NCBI GenBank assembly: GCA_000989565.1
Contig: LBOO01000010.1
Coordinates: 15,736-79,735, forward strand
Reading direction: 5' to 3'
Source of the DNA: Candidatus Peregrinibacteria bacterium GW2011_GWA2_33_10
GTDB lineage: Bacteria; Patescibacteriota; Gracilibacteria; UBA1369; GWC2-33-13
DNA: 64,000 bases
Shown here: piece after piece, positions 49,353-60,053 of the stretch
Position numbering within the stretch: position 1 is the first letter of the stretch
Layout of the letters: every line of letters starts with the position of its first letter
Made by a program: the position numbers and the translations under genes
The notes under the pieces: generated by a model
Seen by the model: the letters and a program-made list of their open reading frames with translations, nothing else
Told to the model about the DNA's origin: nothing
The model's database searches: none

Positions 49353-50030
49353 ATGATTAAATATTTTTTAAATTTTATTTTTCCGGAGAGATGTATTTTT
49401 TGTCGCAAACTTGGAGGATATATATGCAGTGAATGTGATAAAAATTTTATTGAGGTCAAACCACAAATTTGTTATTTTTGCGAGGAAGTTTCCGTGTTTG
49501 GAAAAATTTGTCCAAGATGCAAAAATTTTTTTTCTTTTGATAATTTATTTATTTGTTATCGATATAAATTTTTTTTAAAAAAATTGCTTTTAAATTTTAA
49601 ATATAATTTTCGCAGTATTCTGGCTAAAAAATGCGCTTTGCTTATTTATAAACGGATAAAAGAGATTAATTTCAAAAATTGTTTGATTTGCTATGTTCCG
49701 AGTGATAAAAAAAGATTCAGATGGCGGGGATTTTGTCATACTCAACTAATCGCGCGATATTTAAGCGATTATTTGGATTTAGAATGTAAAGATATTTTAG
49801 AAAAAAAAGTTAATTCTGATTTTCAGTCGCGTTTAGATCGTGGCGCAAGAATGAGTAATATTAAAGGTAAATTTTCAGTCAGATTCAATTGCAATATTGT
49901 AAATAAAAATATCATTCTAATTGACGATGTTGTGAGTACCGGCTCTACATTGAATGAATGCGCGAAAGCGCTGAGAAACGCAGGCGCGAGGAGGGTTTTC
50001 GCTGTGGTGATGGGGAGTAATAAAGGTTAG
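49353..50030 (+). CDS. comF: ComF family (Zn ribbon + PRTase) competence protein
   Basis: FPERCIFC..C..C, RWRGF, ILIDDVVSTGSTL. Confidence 0.9.
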   Translation: MIKYFLNFIFPERCIFCRKLGGYICSECDKNFIEVKPQICYFCEEVSVFGKICPRCKNFFSFDNLFICYRYKFFLKKLLLNFKYNFRSILAKKCALLIYKRIKEINFKNCLICYVPSDKKRFRWRGFCHTQLIARYLSDYLDLECKDILEKKVNSDFQSRLDRGARMSNIKGKFSVRFNCNIVNKNIILIDDVVSTGSTLNECAKALRNAGARRVFAVVMGSNKG

Positions 50031-50166
50031 TAACCCTTATTGGGATAATGTGATAAAAAATACAGATTTTTAATTGTATTTCCACTTACGGGTTACAAGG
50101 CTATTTGTCTCGTTGCTTTATAATTACTTCTACCTTATAATTGCTTTACTTTAATCAATTTTTCCT

Positions 50167-51318
50167 ATGATTATAGGAATTGACGCATCAAGATATGATG
50201 CTAAAGAAAAAACCGGAGTGGAATTTTATTCTAAATATATTATTGATGAATTGATAAAGTCCGCTCAAAAACAGAAGACTCATCAGTTGCGATTTTATAG
50301 TCCGTACAGGCTTCCGCGCAGATGCGGACAGGAATTGAACGGAAGCCGTATTTTAGATGAAAATATTCTCATCGGCCAAAGAATAATTCCTTTTAAAAGA
50401 TTGTGGACGCAATTTCGGCTTTCTTGGGAAATGAGAAATAAAGCTCCTGATTTGTTGTTTGTGCCTTCTCATACTTTACCGATTTTTCATCCTAAAAAAA
50501 CAGTTATTACAATTCATGATGTGGCTTTTATATTCTTTAAAAAAGCATATAGCTTTTTTCAATATCATTATTTGATGTGGTCGACAAAATACGCGTGTAA
50601 AAGAGCAACAAAGATTATTGTCCCGAGTCAAGCGACGAAAGATGATTTAGTTGGTTTTTTCAGATGCCGCGAAGATAAAATCGCTGTTATTCATCATGGA
50701 GTGGATTTTGATTTCAAGAGTGAAATCACTAAAAATAAAGAAAAACAAATTTTAAAACAATTTAAATTATATAAGAAAAAGTTTATATTTTTTGTGGGCA
50801 GGATTGAAACAAAGAAAAATTTGGAAAATATTATTGAAGCTTTTTCAGAATACAAAGAAAGGTATGATCATGATATTTTACTGGTGCTCGCCGGCAAAAG
50901 AGGAATAGGGTTTAAGAGCATTTGGCAGAAAATTGTGGAAAAAAATTTGATTACGGATATTTTTCTGCCCGGTTATGTTACTGAAGAGGAAAAAGATGTT
51001 TTAATAAAAAATGCTCAGTTTTTTATTTTTATTTCTCTTTATGAAGGCTTTGGATTTCCGATTTTGGAAGCTTTTAGAGCAAAAACTCCGGTTTTAACGG
51101 CAAATACTTCCGCGATGAAAGAAATCGCCGAAGACGCAGCAATGAGAGTAAATCCAACGAGTATAAATGAAATTGCGCAGGGAATAAATAAAATTTTAAA
51201 TGATGAAGTTTTTAGAAGATTTTTAATCACTAAAGGAGAAGAAAGATTGAAGAGTTTTGATTGGGGAGATGCGGGGAGGATGACGTGGAGAGTTGTAACG
51301 GAGGTGAGTGATTCGTAA
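50167..51318 (+). CDS. Glycosyltransferase family 4
   Basis: TIHDVAF, VGRIETKKN, SLYEGFGFPILEA. Confidence 0.92.
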   Translation: MIIGIDASRYDAKEKTGVEFYSKYIIDELIKSAQKQKTHQLRFYSPYRLPRRCGQELNGSRILDENILIGQRIIPFKRLWTQFRLSWEMRNKAPDLLFVPSHTLPIFHPKKTVITIHDVAFIFFKKAYSFFQYHYLMWSTKYACKRATKIIVPSQATKDDLVGFFRCREDKIAVIHHGVDFDFKSEITKNKEKQILKQFKLYKKKFIFFVGRIETKKNLENIIEAFSEYKERYDHDILLVLAGKRGIGFKSIWQKIVEKNLITDIFLPGYVTEEEKDVLIKNAQFFIFISLYEGFGFPILEAFRAKTPVLTANTSAMKEIAEDAAMRVNPTSINEIAQGINKILNDEVFRRFLITKGEERLKSFDWGDAGRMTWRVVTEVSDS

Positions 51319-51387
51319 TCCGTGATTCGTAATCCGTAATTCGTAAATTGATTATTTATTATTAAATTATTCCTTTTACTAATTACG
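51310..51387. repeat. Heptamer element overlapping a stop codon
   Basis: gattcgTAAtccgtgattcgtaatccgtaattcgtaaattg ... ttactaattacg. Confidence 0.8.
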
Positions 51388-51395
51388 CTCTATAT

Positions 51396-52514
51396 ATGAA
51401 AAATAATCCTAGATTAAAAATAGCGCTTGTGCATGAATATCTTGTGAAGCTTGGGGGGGCGGAGAAGGTTTTGGCTGTTTTTGCCGAGATGTTTCCGGAT
51501 GCTCCCATTTTTACGATGTTGTATGACGAAAAAATATGCGGGAAAGTTTTTCCGAAAGAAAGAATCAAAGTAAGCGGTTTAAATAAATTGCCTGAATTTA
51601 TCAAGAATAAACGCAGGTATTTATTTCCTTTGATGCCAAAAACAATCGAAAATTTTGATTTCAGCGATTATGATATTGTTATAAGTTCAAACAGCGCTTA
51701 CTGCCATGGGATTATCACTAATTCCAATACTTTTCATATATGTTATTGCCACTCTCCAATGCGTTATGCTTGGGATTGGTATCACGAATATAAAGATGAG
51801 CAAAGAGTAGGTTTTTTTAAAAAAATGATTATTTCTTATTTAATGAAAAAAATCAGGATTTGGGATAAAGCCGCTTCTGACCGGCCTGATGTTTACATCG
51901 CAAATTCAAAAAATGTGCAAAACAGATTGAAAAAATATTATCGCACCAATTCTTTAATTATTTATCCGCCTGTTGATATCAATAGATTTAAAGTACAAAA
52001 AACGCATGAGGACTATTTTCTGATTGTTTCCACTCTAACACCTTATAAAAAGATAGATTTAGCAATTAAATTATTTAATAAAATAGGTAAAAAACTGATT
52101 ATTATCGGTAGTGGCAATGAGATGCAATATTTAAAAAATATCTCTGAAAATAATATTGAATTTTTAGGTTATAAAAATGATCAGGAAGTTTCAGAATATA
52201 TGCAGAATTGCAGAGCATTGATTTTCCCGGGGGAGGAAGATTTTGGAATCGCGCCAATTGAAGCACAAGCTTGCGGAAAACCGGTTTTGGGTTTGGAAAA
52301 AGGAGGTTTAAAAGAAACTATAATTTCGGGAAAAACAGGAGAGTTGTTTTCCGAACCAACAATTGAATCAATGGAAAACGCTTTGGCGAAATTGATTGAT
52401 AATGAAAAATTTTATGATACAGAATTAATGAGAAAGAACGCGGAGAGGTTTGGGAAGGAAGTGTTTGTGGAGAGGATTAGGGACATTATTAAAAGCGTAA
52501 TTCGTAAACCGTAA
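51396..52514 (+). CDS. Glycosyltransferase family 4
   Basis: VHEYLVKLGGAEKV, YCHSPMRYAW, EEDFGIAPIEAQACG. Confidence 0.92.
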   Translation: MKNNPRLKIALVHEYLVKLGGAEKVLAVFAEMFPDAPIFTMLYDEKICGKVFPKERIKVSGLNKLPEFIKNKRRYLFPLMPKTIENFDFSDYDIVISSNSAYCHGIITNSNTFHICYCHSPMRYAWDWYHEYKDEQRVGFFKKMIISYLMKKIRIWDKAASDRPDVYIANSKNVQNRLKKYYRTNSLIIYPPVDINRFKVQKTHEDYFLIVSTLTPYKKIDLAIKLFNKIGKKLIIIGSGNEMQYLKNISENNIEFLGYKNDQEVSEYMQNCRALIFPGEEDFGIAPIEAQACGKPVLGLEKGGLKETIISGKTGELFSEPTIESMENALAKLIDNEKFYDTELMRKNAERFGKEVFVERIRDIIKSVIRKP

Positions 52515-52537
52515 TCCGTAATTCGTAAATGGAATTA
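52497..52537. repeat. Heptamer array overlapping a stop codon
   Basis: gtaattc gtaaacc gTAAtcc gtaattc gtaaatg gaat, nearly the same order as 990-1028. Confidence 0.8.
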
Positions 52538-52652
52538 GTTTTAATTTAGGGAATTGTAGGCTTCGAGGTTTAAGGTAGTAAGGACTTTTAAGATTTTTAT
52601 CGAGTTGTATTTTTTGATTTGCATTGTTATATTTTGATTACTTTATTTTTAA

Positions 52653-54215
52653 ATGAATGATATGAGTGAAATTTCTTTATATCGCAAGTATCGGCCGCAA
52701 CGATTTTTCGATCTGGTTGGACAGGAGCATATTGTAAAAGTTTTAACTAACGGTGTAAAAACCAATAATGTTTCGCATGCTTATTTATTTTGCGGACCTA
52801 GAGGAACGGGAAAAACTTCATGCGCAAGAATTGTGGCCAAGGTCTTAAATTGTACTGATGTAAAAGAGGGAGAGCCTTGCTTGGAATGTAATTTTTGTTT
52901 GGATACTCAAGAAGGCAAGCTTATTGATCTTCTGGAAATTGATGCTGCTTCGAATCGCGGAATTGATGAAATAAGAGAGATTAGGGAAAAAATCAAATTT
53001 CTTCCAACTCATGGCGGGAAAAAAATTTATATTATTGATGAGGTGCATATGTTGACGAAGGAAGCATTTAATGCGCTTTTAAAAACTCTGGAGGAACCGC
53101 CGACGCATGCTCATTTTATTTTAGCCACGACTGAATCACATAAAGTACCTGAGACAATTATTTCACGATGTCAGAGATTTGATTTCCGCAGAATCAATGA
53201 CACTGATATTATTAAACGCTTACAATTCATTGCTCATGAAGAAAATATCGAGGCTGAAGAAGATGCGTTAAAACTGATTGCCAAAAATGCGCAAGGGGGT
53301 TTGCGAGACGCGATTTCATTTTTAGAACAGATGGTTGATGGCGGGAAAATCACTCTGGACGGAGTAAAAGATAGTTTGGGATATATTGGATTTAAGACCG
53401 TTGAACTGTTTTGTGAATATTTGTTTAAGAATGAAACTCATAAGCTTTTGGAAATTATTGATAATGCTTTTAAAGATGGCCAAGATTTAGTGTTTTTCGC
53501 TAAAGAAGCTATTGAAATTTTGAGAAAAAAAATGCTGCAGAAAATAAAAAATAATGAATTGACGGATATTTCGGATATTATTGAAAAAATAAACAATCTT
53601 CAGGAAGCTGTTTGGGGCTTGAAAGAAAGCCTTATTCCTCAACTGCCTTTAGAAATAGCGGTTATTAAATCGTGTTATAAAAAAGATCAAAAAAAAATCA
53701 TAGAAAATAAGGAAAAAATCGGAAGTGATGAACTTATCACTAAAAAGTCTGAAATAAACGAAGGGAATAACTTAAAATTATCGGATTCAATCAGTATGGA
53801 AAGGGTACATAAGGGAATTGAAAGCAGTGAAAATCAGGAGAACGTAATATCTTTGAATGAGGAGCAGATTAAAAATAATTTCACGCGAATTTTAGAACAC
53901 ATTAAAACTCCTTCAATTCGGCGTTCTTTCAATGAATCAAAATTGGATAAAATTAATGGAAGGGATTTAATTTTTGTATTCGGTTCAAATTTTCATTTGG
54001 AAAAAGTCAATAACGCAAAAGGAAAAGAAGAAATCAGTAATGCTTTTGAAGAAATTTTTGGCAAAGGAATTTTTATTCATTTGGAATATAGAGAATTATC
54101 GTTTGAAGCGAAAAACCATTGGAGAGAGGATGAAAAAATACAGGAAAATATGGAGAATAAGAATAAAGATTTGGCTAATTCGGTGCTGGATATTTTTGGC
54201 GGGGAAGTGATTTGA
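52653..54215 (+). CDS. dnaX: DNA polymerase III subunit gamma/tau
   Basis: LYRKYRP, GPRGTGKT, EIDAASNRG, DEVHML, SRCQRF. Confidence 0.97.
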   Translation: MNDMSEISLYRKYRPQRFFDLVGQEHIVKVLTNGVKTNNVSHAYLFCGPRGTGKTSCARIVAKVLNCTDVKEGEPCLECNFCLDTQEGKLIDLLEIDAASNRGIDEIREIREKIKFLPTHGGKKIYIIDEVHMLTKEAFNALLKTLEEPPTHAHFILATTESHKVPETIISRCQRFDFRRINDTDIIKRLQFIAHEENIEAEEDALKLIAKNAQGGLRDAISFLEQMVDGGKITLDGVKDSLGYIGFKTVELFCEYLFKNETHKLLEIIDNAFKDGQDLVFFAKEAIEILRKKMLQKIKNNELTDISDIIEKINNLQEAVWGLKESLIPQLPLEIAVIKSCYKKDQKKIIENKEKIGSDELITKKSEINEGNNLKLSDSISMERVHKGIESSENQENVISLNEEQIKNNFTRILEHIKTPSIRRSFNESKLDKINGRDLIFVFGSNFHLEKVNNAKGKEEISNAFEEIFGKGIFIHLEYRELSFEAKNHWREDEKIQENMENKNKDLANSVLDIFGGEVI

Positions 54216-54306
54216 GTAAGAATGTCCTTTTTGTTTATAAATCGCTTTCATGCGCTATTGTACCAGTTCAGGATTTCCGATTTTATTAATCCACTTTTTT
54301 TTCTTC

Positions 54307-56463
<2,157 letters not shown>

Positions 56464-56576
56464 TTAGTATAGCAAATTATGGATTGGTTGGTAATTTATT
56501 TATGACCCGTCACAAATATTGTTTTTTACCCTTTATTATGATAAAATATTAAGATTTTAATAAAACGCACTTTAAT

Positions 56577-56984
56577 ATGTCTGACCAGAAATACAATCCA
56601 TTATTTGATCCTAAAAATCAGGAAGTATTCAATGATTATGTTGTGCCTAAAGATTTGGTTAATAATCCGCCTATTGATCCTGATGAATTTAATGATGAGG
56701 ATCAGAAATTTTTGAAACATATTTTAAAATTAATTGAGGATAAAACTATTGATTTAATGACTCCTTCGACTCTTTACAATGATAAAGTTTATGATGAATT
56801 ATCTCCTGAAGGTAAAACTAAAGTCGAATTTGAAGCCGCTAATTTGCTAGCGAAAATAAGGCAGATTAAAAGTTTGTATGACGGAGGTTTTGAAAGGAGT
56901 TATCAACTGGAAAATCTGATTCGTAGCGTGAGGCTTTCCAAAGAGAGAATTGAGGAAATCAGAGGGGATGTGTTTATAATTTAA
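56577..56984 (+). CDS. Hypothetical protein
   Basis: 135-aa ORF with normal composition. Confidence 0.75.
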   Translation: MSDQKYNPLFDPKNQEVFNDYVVPKDLVNNPPIDPDEFNDEDQKFLKHILKLIEDKTIDLMTPSTLYNDKVYDELSPEGKTKVEFEAANLLAKIRQIKSLYDGGFERSYQLENLIRSVRLSKERIEEIRGDVFII

Positions 56985-57014
56985 TTTTTTATTTTAATTT
57001 ACTAAAATTGATAT

Positions 57015-58694
57015 ATGACAGTTTCACAATCACCGGAAAGACAAAAGTTAGAAGTTGAGAACGCAAATTTAAAACAATCTTTACCTGAGGTTTCAACAAT
57101 GCCTCCTTTAGAATCAAAACAAGCACTGGATGCAGCAAAAATAGCTGAAGAAGAAAGTAGAATAAAAGAAGGTGATCCGGATAAAATTTTAATTGACGAA
57201 CCTAGCTCGAAAAATTCTTCAAATAAAAGCATAACTGAGAGCGCAGAACCGAAACCTAATGTAAACGTAGAATCAGGAAATAATTCTACTTTAAAGCCTA
57301 GACAATTTAAGGATGAAGGCGCGCAAAAAATATATGATAATATTTTAAGAGCTGAAGCATTGCACGGAAAAGCCAAAAGCAGGATTGAGAAAGAGTTGCA
57401 GTTAAAAGTTGATGCAGCGAAAGATGAGGCAAGTAAAAAAAAGGAATTGGGAACCATTAATAATCATGTAGATAATTTTTTTGGTTTAATTGATAGTTAT
57501 TCAAGGCTGGATATTTATATCGGTTTTATTTCCGATGAAAATAAGAAAAATTTTGTTATGTCCGGTATCAAAAGTTATTTTGAATTTAATGATAAGGGAA
57601 TAAGTGAATTTGCAGTGGGTGATACTATGGATTTAAAAACTTATTTGGATAAAAGCTCAAAAGCACTTGATGAGGCATATGAAAAAGCAAAATCAAATCT
57701 CAGCGGATTGAATCAATATTTGGCTACTGCATCAGTTTTTTTAAAACCACACGCGCCGATCGTAAGTATGATTTTAACATGGTTAGGCAGCGGGGCAAGA
57801 GATTGGTTTAATTCATTACTTCCTTCGTTTTTTAAGGAAGACTCAAAAGAAGCAAAAAGCACTGAAGAAAAAATTAAATCAGTTGAAGCTGAAATCGCTA
57901 AAGTAAAAGATCAAAGCAAAAAGCAAACATTTGAAGGAACAATTAAAACTCTTAAAGAGACACTTAAGACCGATGCTAAAAAAGCAGGTGAGGCTTTGAC
58001 TACTTTGGAAACCGATGTTAAAACGCAATTAGAGAAAGAAGGTAAGGAAGCTGAGTATAAAACTAAGTTTGAGAGTGTGAAAAAATTAAATGAGGATGAA
58101 AGCATGAAAGATCTTAAAGGAAAAATTGAAAAGAAGTTGGGAGAGAATAAAATTCAAGAAAAATTAAATGAATCGGAAGCTCTTAAAGGCCAAAATATTG
58201 ATGAGGCTATTAAAGTATTAAATTCCGTACTAGTCATTAAGTCTCAAATTGAAGCTGAACAAAAGGGAAAAGCAGGTGTGACTGAAAATCAGGTTCTGCT
58301 TAAAGAGGCAAATGTTTTTATGGAGAAAGTTTTAAGTTCCTGCACGCAAGAGCAACATAAAAAAATACTAAATTTAAATAGCACTGTTTTTCTTAATATG
58401 TCAGAAAAAGATATGAGAGAAAAAATTGGCGATAGAATTATTGTTTCAGATAAAGAACAGATACTTGCATTACAAAAATACATGAAAAATTTTCTGCAAA
58501 TTCCTAAATTTAAAAAATATAATATAGATCGAAGTTTAGAAGAAGTTATTGCAACTATGATAGAAAATACTAATGATTTCACAGAGTTTGTGGCATATTT
58601 AGATAAGAACGCAAAATCTGAGGATAAATTAAATTTTGCTGAATGGAATTTGTACCAAAAGTCTAAGGAAAAAACTGAAACTCCTAAAAAATAA
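57015..58694 (+). CDS. Hypothetical Lys/Glu-rich coiled-coil protein
   Basis: 559-aa ORF; central hydrophobic segment. Confidence 0.75.
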   Translation: MTVSQSPERQKLEVENANLKQSLPEVSTMPPLESKQALDAAKIAEEESRIKEGDPDKILIDEPSSKNSSNKSITESAEPKPNVNVESGNNSTLKPRQFKDEGAQKIYDNILRAEALHGKAKSRIEKELQLKVDAAKDEASKKKELGTINNHVDNFFGLIDSYSRLDIYIGFISDENKKNFVMSGIKSYFEFNDKGISEFAVGDTMDLKTYLDKSSKALDEAYEKAKSNLSGLNQYLATASVFLKPHAPIVSMILTWLGSGARDWFNSLLPSFFKEDSKEAKSTEEKIKSVEAEIAKVKDQSKKQTFEGTIKTLKETLKTDAKKAGEALTTLETDVKTQLEKEGKEAEYKTKFESVKKLNEDESMKDLKGKIEKKLGENKIQEKLNESEALKGQNIDEAIKVLNSVLVIKSQIEAEQKGKAGVTENQVLLKEANVFMEKVLSSCTQEQHKKILNLNSTVFLNMSEKDMREKIGDRIIVSDKEQILALQKYMKNFLQIPKFKKYNIDRSLEEVIATMIENTNDFTEFVAYLDKNAKSEDKLNFAEWNLYQKSKEKTETPKK

Positions 58695-58750
58695 ATTTTG
58701 ATTTTTTTAATTTTTTATACTATACTTATTTGATCCTGATAATAAAAAAA

Positions 58751-59203
58751 ATGACTAATACAAATCCACAAACAGTAAATACAGGCACGGCGCAAACTGC
58801 CGCCGTCAATCAAAATTCTCCGACAACCGATGATCCAAGATTATCCAAATTTAAAATTACGGCTGATGTTAAAGCAAAATTCGGGGATTTAATTGAGTTG
58901 ATTTTGGGCACTGAATCTATGAATGATGATGAAAGGCAATATTGGTTTAATATTTTGCCCATCATGACTCCTGATCAGATTGAGAAATTAAAGAAAATTT
59001 TGATTCATGAGAAAGAGCAATTATCCGAGCTTGATAAAAAATATGCTGAAGAATTGAGTTCTATAAACTCAAATCATGCTTCGGAATGGGATGCTTTTAA
59101 AGCCAAAGAAAAACGCGATCAGATAAAAAAAATGGAACACGCCGATGAGGAGGATGAAAAAAACGCGCAAGAACAACTATTAAACAGGCTGGACGAGATT
59201 TAG
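58751..59203 (+). CDS. Hypothetical helical protein (paralog of the 47711-48355 C-terminus)
   Basis: LILGTESMNDDERQYWFNILPIMTPDQIEKLKKIL; start at ATG 58751. Confidence 0.8.
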   Translation: MTNTNPQTVNTGTAQTAAVNQNSPTTDDPRLSKFKITADVKAKFGDLIELILGTESMNDDERQYWFNILPIMTPDQIEKLKKILIHEKEQLSELDKKYAEELSSINSNHASEWDAFKAKEKRDQIKKMEHADEEDEKNAQEQLLNRLDEI

Positions 59204-59217
59204 GAGAGCAGCATACT

Positions 59218-59858
59218 TTAATTCACTAATTTTGCTGTGATTACCAATCGGCGTAGATTTGTTCCTACGGGAGTGCAGGTTATTACCGTTAGGATGTTTT
59301 CGCCGGCTTTTGGGTGCATTACTTGGATATCTTCGGGGTTTACGACTTTTATGTCCTCTACTTCATAAAAGTATTTTTTTTGTTGGTAATAAATATAAAT
59401 CTCATCTCCTAAAATTATTTCGTGAAGGCGGGCAAAAACATCTTTATATTTGCCATCGTCCCATGCGTAATATGAACTATGGCCTGTTACAACCGTATTT
59501 CCTTTTTTCCCGGGCATGGCCGAACTTGGGGTATTATTATGCGGTTATCAGGAGGGATGACTTCCAATGAATCCATTTCAGGATAATCAGTTTTCAACTT
59601 GCCGGAATCTTTAACCACATCAAGCGGGAGGGGTTCATCTTTAACTTTAACTTTTTCTTTTGTGAATACTTGTTCGTCTTTTGTTCCCAATATTGTTTTT
59701 ATTTTTGATTTTCCAATTTCAGAAAAAGCCTGAATATTGGCAATAATAAATAATATCGCAAAAATTATGATGCTTAGAATCGCAGTTTTAAAAAAATATT
59801 TAAGTTTTTTTCTAGCTTTCTCAGCTTTAGAATGAATGAGTTCTGAAAATTTTATCAT
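59218..59858 (-). pseudogene. Sortase interrupted by an internal deletion/frameshift
   Basis: TM..PPDNRIIIP in one frame, AMPGKKGNTVVTGHSS..LTVITCTPVGTNLRRLVI in another; the intervening GVxH segment is absent. Confidence 0.85.
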
Positions 59859-60053
59859 AATTTTTTTATTCGCTTTATTATAGATTTTAATTTTTTTTAA
59901 ATCAATAACCGACATCAAAACATAAAGTAGCCTTTCTTGTTAACCTGAAATGATTTACGTCTTATGTCAACCTTTTTTTCCAAATTAGATTAAAGATTTT
60001 TGGATTTTAGATGTTTTTTCTGTATCATTTTTATATGAATTTATTTCTCAAAT

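Noticed and set aside
37382-54215. Alternative genetic code 25 (UGA=Gly, Gracilibacteria)
   Set aside because: TGA sits at natural C-termini (proS FAKAY*, dnaX) and conserved genes have no internal TGA
54216-54306. Possible gene remnant or ncRNA between dnaX and ligA
   Set aside because: Short, interrupted by stops, no convincing structure or motif
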